Of a stretch of 64,000 nucleotides of DNA, positions 37,421 to 48,649 are shown one piece after another. Where the stretch lies: NCBI GenBank assembly GCA_976226885.1, contig OZ320313.1, positions 32,116,001 to 32,180,000 on the forward strand, given 5' to 3'. The position numbers and the translations under genes were made by a program. How positions within the stretch are numbered: the first letter of the stretch is position 1; the number at the start of each line of letters is the position of its first letter. Source of the stretch: Iphione sp. A-MEVVRFRX5 (taxonomy: Eukaryota). The notes beneath the pieces were generated by a model. The model was not told where the DNA came from and did not search any database. It saw only the letters and a program-made list of their open reading frames with translations.

Positions 37421-40400
37421 CTAACACAATTCTTGTAAAACTCCAGTAATTGCATTATGGTATGAAAAGGGACAATAACTAATGGACATTTGTACACTCA
37501 TTTGAGTTAAAAACCAGTCTAAACATGTGTTTCCATCCGTAGTAGCTTCTGTAACCTTTTGTTGAACTCCGTATGTCGTTTCCAACCAATTTAAAAAAAC
37601 TAAATTCCGTTCTTCAAACAAACACATATTTACGTCCCCTACTATAACTAACGAATTATTCTTTGGTAGATAAGGAACAGCTGTAAGAAGTAAAGTTTTG
37701 AATGACTCGATTGATGCACGTGGTGCCTTGTATACAATAAAGATTGTTAGCTCAAACTCACTACTACATCTTAAATCCACCAGCAAATATTCACAATTAT
37801 TATACCGGTAACCGTAAGTATTTACAATGGTCAAATCTGTTCTTACATATACAGCTAAACCATGAGACGGCCGAAAAGATGTATTGAACTGTGGTTCTGA
37901 TGCAAACACATTCTTAAAACCAATAATAGGAAACTTTGCAGGACTTTCATCCCTCTTAAAACGTGTTTCAGCGAAACATAACACAGTACTACTCAAAAGA
38001 TACTTATCACAACAAACGCTGCGAAAATGACCAAATAACGATTGAGCGTTTAAAAAAGTGACAGCAAAAGCATTTCGAATTATTGGGATATCTACAAAAT
38101 TCAACGCGACCTGACGGTCTTTTCTTAAACGTTCCATTTCTTTAACAACTCGATCATCCACTGTCACTTTAGTTCTATCAAATGATAGTAAATACAATCC
38201 ACTCAAACTGCGCAGTCTACTAAAACAAACATAATACGTATGAGCGTTAATTGGTCGCGACAACTGAACCGCAACTGAAGACATGGTAGTACCTTGCGCT
38301 CGGTGTACAGTACGTCCACTGCACTGACGCAGCGGAAACTGAGTGCGGTACACTTCCCCCTTCAGTACAAACTTTCTACTAACAACAAACAAAGGAGTCC
38401 AACTAGGGTCGTGGTTCACAGCAAACCTTTTGTGGTACTTCAACCTCTGATTCTTCCCAACATTGGGATCATCGAACTTCAACCACAGAATACTTGGTTG
38501 AGAAATTCCATCAAAATATTGAATTTTTGTCAAAGTACCAGTAGTTCCGTTTGTCAAACCATCCTCCGTATCCATATTATAAGTTATGTCGTACCGTAGA
38601 CCAACACCTACTTTTAAAACTTTCATTAGATCGCCAGTGTCTTTCAAACTTAAACTAGTCGAGGCGATACACTTTGCAATAGATTCTTTCAAGTTATGAT
38701 TCAAAATAACATCTTTTGCATAAATACAAGTTTTTTCAGAAATGCAATTTTCAAAAGCTAAATCATTATGTCTATTTACGCTTTCGTTTGTTGAAAATAA
38801 ATAGTCAGTACCACTTGGTATCTCTTGTACATTGCCAATGATTCTACTTTCAAGCATCTTGTAGTCTTGCTCCGTTTGCAAACCTTCTCTTAACCGATTC
38901 AAAAGCTGTGCAAAGTTTTTGTCGTTGGCTTGACGAACAATAGTCTGTAATTCAAATATTTGGAAATGTTCTCTCCATAAATTTGGAGCCAATCTTGATA
39001 AACCACTTGTATCTAAAAATATCCAACTATCTTTGACAGGCTGCAGTTGATACAAGTCACCAAAACAAATAATATGTATACCTCCAAACAATTGTTTATT
39101 GCCTTTGAGTCTTTGTAGTTGTATATGTATTCGTTCAAGCATGTTTGCTCCAACCATCGAAACTTCATCGACCAATAAGACTTTCAGATCGTTAAATTTC
39201 AACAACTGCGTATTAAGGGTACTGTCTGACATATCTACTATTTGCTTATAATTCCATACCTGCAAGGCACTGTGGATAGTTTTCCCACCTATCAAGAACG
39301 CAGCTTTAGCAGTTGGTGCTACACACAAAACTGAGAGAGCCGAAACTGACATATTACTCGCCAAGTTAAAATGACGTTGTAAGCTATGGTATATTGTTTT
39401 CAATAACAATGATTTCCCAACCCCAGCACCACCTGTTATGAACAAATGCAATTTATTCGCATCGTACAGCACCTCTTTCATGATGTGTTTATAAATTATT
39501 TGTTGCTCACAGGTGAGCAAAGCAACATTATCCAACATTTCACCACGGCTCCAAATGCTATCAATAACTGATGGACGCACACACACATGACCATCTTTTT
39601 CAAAATTTACATCAGTCTGCGGATCATCTCTTACCATGAAAAACAAACAATCATCTTGAATGTCCATTTCCTCTTTGTCACGACTATTTTCATAACCTGT
39701 ATTTGGTGCAACTGTACTTGTGTCAACATTTTTACTTTCTAAATCATTTATTTGTTTTAACAAATTATGAATTGGCTGTTGCACAAACACACAAAACTTT
39801 TCTACTATTTGTTGTTGAACAATACTTTCTAAGTTATGAAACAATTGCGTAAACTTGCTATCTGGTGGTAGTTCTGTCCTCCAAGGTAAACATAACAATA
39901 GCATAATACGAATATATTGTTCTTCGTTATTTTCAAGTGACGGACAATTGAATTTCAACACAGCCCGCTTTACACGTCGTTTATATACTTTAGAATTTGA
40001 ACGATAAAGAATAAAACTGCCTCCTTGCGCATCATCCAACCCAGAAACATTCTTACTTGTACTTTTACTTAAGGTAATGAGAGAACAATAGTCTCCTAAA
40101 CACCATGCTTCGAAAAATGCAGGTCGTGCTTGGTATAGTACCATTTTATCATCAACAAAAATATCTGTAGAATTATCTTCTAACTGTTCTAGTTGACTGT
40201 CGGTTTTCAAGATACGCTGTCTTTCGGAAGCAATTTTCGTATCTAAATATATCACACTAACACTTGTTTTGGTCATTGACATACCTAAAAGCATGTAAAT
40301 ACACTCCTGCGCACTTATTTCAGTACTATTCATAAAACACTTACCTACTTCTTTTAATTGTTCTTGCAAACTACACCGTTTGGATTTCGATTCTTTTAAT

Positions 40401-43400
40401 ATTTGCGACAGCAAAACACTTAAACCACGATGTTGTTTGTTTATATAACTTACAATATAAACTGCACAAGCATACGGATCAATAACATAAGATATATCAT
40501 GATTTGCTTTCCAAACCCCTAACAAATTTTTCATATAAGGATTTACGCGTATGTCTTTCGGTTCTCTTTTCAAAAACACTTTCCATGATGTTAATGAAGT
40601 CCGAACTGCACTAATATACCTCTCTTCGGTTAATTCCAAGTATTTTAAAAAATCGTCAAATGAAAAAGAACTTAATTTATCTTCATCATTCATAAGTTCA
40701 CAAACACGTCGAAAATCACGAATTGCTACCAAATCATCCTTCAAAGGCTCTAACACTTCAGTTTTTCGCATAGGAAAAACAGGAAAGTGAAACCGACAAA
40801 TAGCCTGGCCACGTTTTCTACATGTTCGAGAATGTTTATGCGTCTGTAGATCGATAAATTTCTTGTTGCTGTCCTCCACAGAACTTGAACAACTCACAAA
40901 CTTATCAATATATTCAGCAACTTCAACACTATTCTGCTTATCTGTGCTATACCGAGGATTATTCTTGCACCAAACTAACATGTGAACATGAGGACTTCCA
41001 CGATGTTGAAACTCCACTCGGTAGAAATAATCTTCCACTTCACCTATGGGATTTGCCTTACTCTCTAAAACTCCTCTCAAAAACTTATCAAAGCGAAAAT
41101 CAAAATATCTGGCACAAGTTACCGGATCACTACTAACTAACTGAGCCCTCTTAGTCCATGAAAATTCTTCTATTTCCTCATCTGTATACAAAACATTATC
41201 TATCAAAAGACCAAGTGTTCGCAGCAATGGTATCCAGTACAGATCAGCAGCAGACAAAGACATAAACCACGTAGGAAACCCAAGTTGTCTAATCATAGCC
41301 ATAACATTACTTTGTGCTCGCTCAAAATATTGTGGAGTATTCCTCAACCTATTATACATATAAAACCCTTCATCAGATGTTCGAAGCCTCTCTCTGCTTT
41401 CGCGTGTTGCCACGTCAATCTTGGAATAATGACCTACATTTCTACTACGACGAAGTGCAAAACGCGATACTGCCTTAATCAAAAGACTCTGATATTTTTT
41501 ATATTTGAAGAAAATATTTTCCAAATTTGTTGCGATACGTCTATCAACATTTCGCAATTCAAATTTACACACATCAGAATAACGCATCGAACAATTCACA
41601 TACGGATTAATTCCACCATACAAATGAGGATAAGCCATATACTCTCCATTTGCGTCATAAATTAAACTCAATGGCATATTGTATTCACCCGGAGCAATAT
41701 CGAAAAACAAATCCCCAGTATGAGCATCTAGAAGACTTTGCATTTGCAAATCCTTCTCAGTGACATCAACTTCAGAGAAGTTATCTTCATCACTATCGCT
41801 ATCATCATTGTCAAGTTCCTTAGTATTACAACTTTCGCTGTAACAACGCTCATTGGCTGCTTCATCTACAGATTCAGCTGTCAAACTTGGTCCATCGTTC
41901 ATCAATGCATTAACTGTTTGCGTTAACCAATCGTAATCAATGATAACATTATCTTCTTTATACAAAGGACTATTCTTCACTAACCACTCTAGAGCCTTCA
42001 ACACATTAACAGGGCGCACATTGAATTGCCTGTATGCATGCTTGTTTGAAAGTTTTCTCTTCAACCGAACACATGTAGTACCTGCCGTATTTATGTACCT
42101 CGGCAACTGAACAACAGTATCCTCTACACGTGCCAAAACATTTACAACAGGTCCCTTCAAACTGTATTGAAAACCACGGGGTAAATAACGTATTTGCATA
42201 AATGCGAGACGCCGAGCTACAAGACGTGCCTCATCGACAGTAATTTGTAACTCATGGGGAACAGTCGGCAATATAAATCCGTTCATGTAACAGATACGAG
42301 GTAAACGACGGTCACTAATCGCTTTGGAACATGTTTGACAAATATATTTGCATTCATTTTGAGACTTACCACCTACTACATGTTGAATATGATAGTAAAT
42401 TTCTGAAGTGACTTCCCGAACACTATGAATAAACCACACCTGGCTACACATGCAACAACAATAATGTGGCCCTTCTTCAATGTTAAGAAAAAAACTCTTG
42501 ATACACTTGTCTAACTCATTTGCGGTTGAATCTGTATCAGAAGAAACAACATTACCATTTGTTTTCTTGCGAACTTTTGCATTCTGTGAATTAACTACCC
42601 TGATAGACCGCTTCTGCTTCCTACTCTTTTCACTACTACAGTTTCCAATTATTTGATTTAAAATGTCGGCTTTATCATTGACCACTTTAGTTTTACCACA
42701 AACAGCCTTTTTTCTACCTTTGGTATGTTGTAACGCTACTAAGTTAGGTACAAGCATACCATCACTGTTTATCAACACACTTCTGCAGTTCGGTTCTTTC
42801 AGAGACTTACTTTTCTTGACACTTCTAGTTGTACTACACATGTTCTTCCTTTCAGATTGTAGCCCCGTTTTTTCTTGACTGTTACTACTCTTTTGGACAA
42901 ATTCTTTTACACGAGCACTTCCATTTCTGCTTTTCTTCTGATCGGATTTAGTCTTACTAAACGTCTGAGAAATGCCAGTTGTTTTGATAAAGCCAGAAAT
43001 ATTACCGTTCCGATCCGTTAACCTGTTTCCTTGTACCGATTCACTTACATTAGATCTACATGACTTTTCTGTTGTATGAAACATATCCTTACCTACCCAA
43101 CACCTCAAATTCTCTATCACTTCCATAGCAATGAACCGGTTGGGATAAATAGAATTTATATCTACAAATATTTCACAGAACGTATCAGACAATCCATTTT
43201 GGACCATATGCACCACAGAAATTTCATACTGGAATTGTTGTGAACTATAATATAACTTTTCTATATGACCAATAAGTTCATAAAAATCTTCAAAACATAT
43301 GTGAACAGCTGTACCTTCTGCCGACGGGAAACCTTTTTTAGAACGCGCATGAGAATCAAACATATAGTAAACACCAGTTCTGCAATATACTGCAATAGAC

Positions 43401-43780
43401 AAATGCTGTGCAACAAATATACAGAACGGACTAATCGAGAATGCTTTCACAAACGCAAAATATATGGAATCGCCTTTTGGTATGTGTACACCAACAAAAC
43501 ATTTCACCACATCAAAAAAAATCTTTCTACTATTTACAATCAATAATTGTGGCAACTCACAAGGAGTCAATTGCAAAGCAGTTACTCTCCGGCGAATTTG
43601 TGTATACAGAAAGTCGCCAAAGTCGAGGACATCATCTACATGTCTACTATTTACAATGCCATTACAAAAAACGAACACATACAACAAACAGCCGGCAGCA
43701 ATAGCGGTACATTGATTGCCACGACCACTGTGATTATATACACTACTATTTTGACTCCGAGAACCTTGTAAAACTTTCAT
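37421..43780 (-). CDS. Helentron (Helitron2/HLE2-type) Rep-helicase-endonuclease polyprotein with N-terminal herpes-tegument-type (peptidase C76-like) cysteine protease
   Basis: Uninterrupted 2,129-codon frame, first ATG at 43780. Protease: GSRSQ...GNQC and YYMFDSH. Cys-rich CCMC...CQTC. Rep: LGFPTWFMSLSAAD, YRVEFQHRGSPHVHMLVW (HUH at about 40982), YACAVYIVSYINK. PIF1: ITGGAGVGKS, APTAKAA, DEVSMV, FGDLYQLQPV, QFPLR...TVHRAQG, YVCFSR. APE: FLNAQSL, FAETRF, VYKAP, GDVN, LDWF, SYH. Confidence 0.96.
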   Translation of the reverse strand: MKVLQGSRSQNSSVYNHSGRGNQCTAIAAGCLLYVFVFCNGIVNSRHVDDVLDFGDFLYTQIRRRVTALQLTPCELPQLLIVNSRKIFFDVVKCFVGVHIPKGDSIYFAFVKAFSISPFCIFVAQHLSIAVYCRTGVYYMFDSHARSKKGFPSAEGTAVHICFEDFYELIGHIEKLYYSSQQFQYEISVVHMVQNGLSDTFCEIFVDINSIYPNRFIAMEVIENLRCWVGKDMFHTTEKSCRSNVSESVQGNRLTDRNGNISGFIKTTGISQTFSKTKSDQKKSRNGSARVKEFVQKSSNSQEKTGLQSERKNMCSTTRSVKKSKSLKEPNCRSVLINSDGMLVPNLVALQHTKGRKKAVCGKTKVVNDKADILNQIIGNCSSEKSRKQKRSIRVVNSQNAKVRKKTNGNVVSSDTDSTANELDKCIKSFFLNIEEGPHYCCCMCSQVWFIHSVREVTSEIYYHIQHVVGGKSQNECKYICQTCSKAISDRRLPRICYMNGFILPTVPHELQITVDEARLVARRLAFMQIRYLPRGFQYSLKGPVVNVLARVEDTVVQLPRYINTAGTTCVRLKRKLSNKHAYRQFNVRPVNVLKALEWLVKNSPLYKEDNVIIDYDWLTQTVNALMNDGPSLTAESVDEAANERCYSESCNTKELDNDDSDSDEDNFSEVDVTEKDLQMQSLLDAHTGDLFFDIAPGEYNMPLSLIYDANGEYMAYPHLYGGINPYVNCSMRYSDVCKFELRNVDRRIATNLENIFFKYKKYQSLLIKAVSRFALRRSRNVGHYSKIDVATRESRERLRTSDEGFYMYNRLRNTPQYFERAQSNVMAMIRQLGFPTWFMSLSAADLYWIPLLRTLGLLIDNVLYTDEEIEEFSWTKRAQLVSSDPVTCARYFDFRFDKFLRGVLESKANPIGEVEDYFYRVEFQHRGSPHVHMLVWCKNNPRYSTDKQNSVEVAEYIDKFVSCSSSVEDSNKKFIDLQTHKHSRTCRKRGQAICRFHFPVFPMRKTEVLEPLKDDLVAIRDFRRVCELMNDEDKLSSFSFDDFLKYLELTEERYISAVRTSLTSWKVFLKREPKDIRVNPYMKNLLGVWKANHDISYVIDPYACAVYIVSYINKQHRGLSVLLSQILKESKSKRCSLQEQLKEVGKCFMNSTEISAQECIYMLLGMSMTKTSVSVIYLDTKIASERQRILKTDSQLEQLEDNSTDIFVDDKMVLYQARPAFFEAWCLGDYCSLITLSKSTSKNVSGLDDAQGGSFILYRSNSKVYKRRVKRAVLKFNCPSLENNEEQYIRIMLLLCLPWRTELPPDSKFTQLFHNLESIVQQQIVEKFCVFVQQPIHNLLKQINDLESKNVDTSTVAPNTGYENSRDKEEMDIQDDCLFFMVRDDPQTDVNFEKDGHVCVRPSVIDSIWSRGEMLDNVALLTCEQQIIYKHIMKEVLYDANKLHLFITGGAGVGKSLLLKTIYHSLQRHFNLASNMSVSALSVLCVAPTAKAAFLIGGKTIHSALQVWNYKQIVDMSDSTLNTQLLKFNDLKVLLVDEVSMVGANMLERIHIQLQRLKGNKQLFGGIHIICFGDLYQLQPVKDSWIFLDTSGLSRLAPNLWREHFQIFELQTIVRQANDKNFAQLLNRLREGLQTEQDYKMLESRIIGNVQEIPSGTDYLFSTNESVNRHNDLAFENCISEKTCIYAKDVILNHNLKESIAKCIASTSLSLKDTGDLMKVLKVGVGLRYDITYNMDTEDGLTNGTTGTLTKIQYFDGISQPSILWLKFDDPNVGKNQRLKYHKRFAVNHDPSWTPLFVVSRKFVLKGEVYRTQFPLRQCSGRTVHRAQGTTMSSVAVQLSRPINAHTYYVCFSRLRSLSGLYLLSFDRTKVTVDDRVVKEMERLRKDRQVALNFVDIPIIRNAFAVTFLNAQSLFGHFRSVCCDKYLLSSTVLCFAETRFKRDESPAKFPIIGFKNVFASEPQFNTSFRPSHGLAVYVRTDLTIVNTYGYRYNNCEYLLVDLRCSSEFELTIFIVYKAPRASIESFKTLLLTAVPYLPKNNSLVIVGDVNMCLFEERNLVFLNWLETTYGVQQKVTEATTDGNTCLDWFLTQMSVQMSISYCPFSYHNAITGVLQELC

Positions 43781-45062
43781 TGTAAAGTACAGCTGTTCTT
43801 TTTTCAACACTTTATATTCAATGTCAAAAACTTAATACTTTCCCATTATACCACATAAAAGAACAATAACTTTTCTCTATATTTTTATCCGTCCTATTAT
43901 TTGGTTATCGTCTCACTGATAGCACACCAACACAGTCTTTGATTGAAAAAAGCCTACATTTACAAATCAACAATAAACTAATAAACTTGCGAACAACCAA
44001 CCTTTTCACATAAAATTGTTTCACAACATGTGGTTTTACTCTGTCATAACCCCAAACTATACTTATTTAAATACAACGCGTACACAACAACATCAACTTT
44101 TGACGTCGCAGTAATATTAACCTCCTTCACATTACACACCTATCCTCTTCTTTCTGAATTGCTCTCCACAAACCCAACCAACTATAACACGAACACTACC
44201 GACCTCGGCTGCCACCATGAACAATGCGGACTCTGTGCTAACACCCACCCTTTTTATATAAAACCTACTTGTCTAATCTTCAGTTGCCGACACAAAAAAT
44301 GTTCATCAATACAAACTCTCTTGTTGTTGTAGAAACATCCCCCTATGTGTCATACCGACCACAACGCCATAAAGTAAAAAGACCAGAACATCAAAGTACT
44401 CTACTATCTGTCACGGAAATCTTACACTATAAAAACCGACACAGCGTACAACGCACAAATAAACACATAAACTTAAAAGCGGCTAAGAATCCACAAACCC
44501 AAACCGACCGGAACCAATCCCTACCATCTTTTGAAAAACATTTAAAAACTATTTTTCTTATTCCAATACCCACATACTTCGTTAAAAATGATACAAACTA
44601 ATACCATATTAACAAACAAGTCTACAAAATCTTCTATAACAGTTTATTGACTAAATTCGTATACGCTTCCACCAATGCTTAATTTGCTTTTTACTTCTTC
44701 TAATTGCTTTATTAGCGTTCAGGTTTTCCTCATTCAAACTATTAGCATTCCTTTTAAGAATAGTGCACAGTAACACTAAACATTAAACACGAAAATAATA
44801 AACTATTTCTATTAAAACAGTTACGTTTGACAGCGAAACCCTAAAATTTTGCAATTAAACTTATACTTTAACCATACTTATAAATAGTTGATAAATTCAC
44901 ACCGATTCACTCTAAAAAATATTCAACTACACACACACTCTTTCCATTCTTATACATAATGTTTGAATTATTAAAACACAAAACTTATATAGTTAAAAAC
45001 AGATATATTCCCACCCTCTTTCAAGTTTTCAGTCATCACACTACGCTCTTACATATCGTTTA

Positions 45063-45090
45063 TGTGATTGGTCAGTTTTGAACCAATCAC
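45063..45090. promoter_or_regulatory. Inverted CCAAT pair in the divergent interval between the transposase and gene D
   Basis: gTGATTGGtcagttttgaaCCAATCAc lies 200 bp upstream of ATG 45290 and about 1.3 kb upstream of the transposase ATG on the other strand. Confidence 0.45.
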
Positions 45091-45289
45091 AGTTCACGAA
45101 CATCTTTGCACACGGTACTGTTCCGCTCTGGTCGTTTGGACCACGCCTACCACTCTCTACTTACTTGTTCGCAGCATTTCTCGCCGAGTACCGCTACCAC
45201 ATACTAATTGTACTATTTACTACCACAGTCGTATACAAGAATCTTACAATAAGCCATTAACGGTTTATCACCTTGGCTTCTATACTAAT

Positions 45290-46912
45290 ATGGACATCCG
45301 ACGAGTTGTATGGAAACCTAAACAGATACTTACCAAAGACACAGGTATGTACTAATTACCCGCAAACTACACACTATACAATGTTCCAAGTACTATTTCT
45401 GCGAACTTCCAAACTACACTCATATAAACACATCGTCCAATATTTTCAATGCGGTTCGCATCAGCCGCTACAACGCCGTAGTCTTCACACATATCGCCTT
45501 ACACACTTAGACAGAACACAACGAACACACGTACAACCAGTGAAGATATTCTTACCAGCAAACAATACTCACTTTATATAAACCATACATTCAACTCGTA
45601 TGTGATTACTTCTTCCATATTTCCAATGTATTCCACTTATACGTAATGTTTCATCTCGGACTATATCTTTGTTGATTTAATTCTCTTTCAGCCACTTGGA
45701 CTACAAACGATGTGCCTCTACTGCCCACCAGTCAGGACCCACAAACTATTACTACTTGTAAGTATGGACACTATAGCAATCTTTAAAGGAAACTTCTTTA
45801 GATTTCTAAACATATATCAGTCTTAGTCTTTATTATTACAACTGTGTCCTCATAGCACTCCACTAAACTCTATCCACCTATTAACTTTTGTTGGTTCAGA
45901 AGACCCTATGCTACAGTATTACCTTAGAATATACAACACCTCCAACCAAAACAATTTGCGCCCAATTATTTCCGTCCTTCACATGTTTCCCGGCCTCACC
46001 TCCTTCCTATCCCTAAGAATGCCTGCTGCTACTATCCCCTAAACCTAAAGCACTATACCCGCGTGTGAGAACCATCTACACCCGCACCGCTAAAAGTAAG
46101 ATACAGCATATCCCGCCGAAGCAGTTGCCTAAGTTATACCCATGTATCTACCCAAATGTACGGACCTTCTACACCTACCACGTTGTCAGTAAACTACGAC
46201 ATGTCCCACCGGAGTAGTTACCAAATTATATTCATATATTTCTGTTTTGATACTAAGTCAGCCTATAGATAACACAATTGGCGCATCATCAACAGAGGAC
46301 CCCAAAACAAGCAACCTTAACCACAATACCACTCTGATGACTCCCTTAGTCTCTCTCTCTACCTACCATGACTCATACCAAACCACAGTTGTTTAATTTT
46401 AATATTAACTAAAAAAAAATGTTCAATAAGTCATCCTCTTCCTCAGGTACTTGGACGCAACCTGATGCGAACACAGTCGACCTGACATGCTACCATGTCT
46501 TCACAAACACTTCATAACTATACAAATAACCAATAATACTCCTCATATTGTTCTAGTGCCTACCGCAATAAATGAACGCCATTCTACAACCTCAAACTAA
46601 TTTTGCACTTTACTTCCAGTTCAACCAGTTCCGATCCCGGCTGACGCAATCCAGAATGTACTAGCAGAACTCAGCTATCTTCGAACGATCACATTGAATC
46701 TACAGAGTGAAAACAAGTTACTCCAACAACAACTACACCAGGCAAATGATGAAATCGTACACTGTCGTCACGCAATAAGAAGCTTGCAACATGACCAAAG
46801 CATGACAAAACAGTCTTTCGGAAACTTCCACTTGCAAGTTGAGGCTCTAGTTCGCCATCAAAGCGTTGTCGATACCCACATTAATACGCTCATTTGTTCG
46901 CAAACTGAATAA
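45290..46912 (+). CDS. Spliced gene D, C-terminal coiled coil; paralog of gene B; middle exons uncertain
   Basis: Exons 45290-45344 (MDIRRVVWK..., GTATGT), 45692-45757 (tttcAG, 66 nt, GTAAGT) and 46620-46912 (cttccAG) are frame-compatible. A further exon may start at 46448. Last exon LSYLRTITLNLQSENKLLQQQLHQANDEI...AIRSL...TKQSFGN aligns to gene B. Confidence 0.65.
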
Positions 46913-48649
46913 AAATGTTGGAAAGACAATAATCTACTTTAACAATATGTTCTTCAACGACAATAAACTTTTAAATACTGTTGTTTTTAACGTCGCATGA
47001 ACAAAACTAATTAACGCAACCAGTTAAACCTAAACTTACGTCATGCCACCTTCAGTTCAATAAAATGTTTCCAGAAATCACTTGTCATGTTGTTCTTACT
47101 GCCACTAGTATTGATGTTAAACTATATAAACTATCTAGTTCTGCTACTAGTTGCGGAACGTACAATAGACTATTGATTTTTGTTATAACCTGGCATTAGA
47201 CATTAAAGATGTCCTAATTTTCCGCCACTACGAATCAGAGATATGAGTAACTCCTCTACTGCTAAATGCTACAAAACAAAATAACAGAAAAAAAAAGAAC
47301 ATAAAGCCCACCCACTATCCTGGTTCTCCAACGCAAACGAATAAGAGTATCAAAAAAACTCCTCTACTGCTTCTTGTTCAGAAAACAACAAATAGATAAA
47401 TAATATAGTGAACCCGACACACTAAACAAACAAACAGATGGTGAAAACTGATTTTTCACTTATGTGATACTACAATGCTCATTATCTTTTTATATGTATC
47501 ACTTTGTATATTAATGTTTAAAGTTAAAGTCAATTTAACCATTCTACTTATAGTGAACTTAAATACGAAAACTACAAATAACAATATATGTGCAAACATT
47601 TCTTCTGTCACCCAATGTACCCCACCATAATTATGCACATCTCATTCACGACTCATATAGATCTACTTTTAAATATCCCCATGTTAATTACTATTAATTG
47701 CTTTACGCATTTGCACTTAAGTCCTGTTTTCGACAATACCTAAGAAGCACACAAAGATGTTGTGTTCACTTTTTTTCCAAAACTGCTCCATTTTTATCTA
47801 CACTTACACACAACCACACTAACCAGCGCACTTTAACGAGAACGTTATTCTTCCTATCACACTTTTTCTTGCAATTATTTCACTTAAACCGAACTTTTGC
47901 TGACCCTATATGTCACTCAACTTCAAACAATACTAAATCAATACCAGGAAATAAGTTTAACGACGCATTTACCCGTATCCACCATTTGCATAAACTTAAA
48001 TCTTTGCAACAACCAACTAGTAACTTGCACTTAATCTACAACCGCGTGATTAATCAAGTACCTCGGCGCCATGGACTAGACACACCACCGTCTTTCACTG
48101 ATAGTCACTTTTCAATACCAATATCGCCACCTATTAATTACACAACGCTTTTGATTATCTAACGCCAGAACCCTTCCGAAACAACATCACAAAACCACAC
48201 ATCCTTCTAATCAGCAACCTATGTCGCTCACTTCAACGTCAACCACCACTATCCCATTTGAATTACACTTACAACGCCTATTCCTAACACATTGTAGTTC
48301 TTACCAGCGACGCGACGTCACTGCCTTCTATCAACAAAACATGTTCTTCCTAACACTTCGACAAGCTACTGCTATCACTGACCTAAACCCAACTGCACGC
48401 CATATTATGCAACTTTTTGCGACAGACTCGATTTTATATCCAACAAACGTCTTAAGCATAGCTTTAGAAATAAAGATAGCATTTTACAACACTAGATCAT
48501 GCTTCAATGATCATGAACAGTAGAGATACACCACACTGTGTAGAGGAAGTGCCACATATATCAGCTCCCATAGCGGAACTACTTTTGGGCAACGTTTTAT
48601 ATAGGTAGTGTAATAAAACTTCAGTCAACGCTTTAAACAACGACTGCTA

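Larger units (their letters stand above)
34584..43780 (-). mobile_element. Core of an autonomous Helentron (transposase plus SSB); true boundaries not determined and probably much wider
   Basis: Rep-helicase with C-terminal APE is the established Helentron architecture. The SSB gene is co-oriented and about 670 bp downstream. Confidence 0.8.

Noticed and set aside
37421-37480. APE motif SYH instead of SDH as a sign of inactivation
   Set aside because: The other APE catalytic motifs are present and, from recall, this variant occurs in Helentron endonucleases. It is not enough to call the domain dead.
38294-43771. Plus-strand ORFs overlapping the transposase
   Set aside because: Short antisense shadows of the long ORF with no recognisable motifs.
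9570-43810. Teratorn-like piggyBac-herpesvirus fusion (piggyBac relic plus herpes-type protease)
   Set aside because: No terminase, capsid, DNA polymerase or other herpesvirus core gene is visible. The protease is fused to a Helentron ORF and the piggyBac is a small decayed fragment 27 kb away.
15295-45077. Shared 15-mer tgtgattggtcagtt upstream of genes A and D
   Set aside because: A 15-mer match is expected roughly by chance in a 64-kb self-comparison. It is not used as evidence of common origin.
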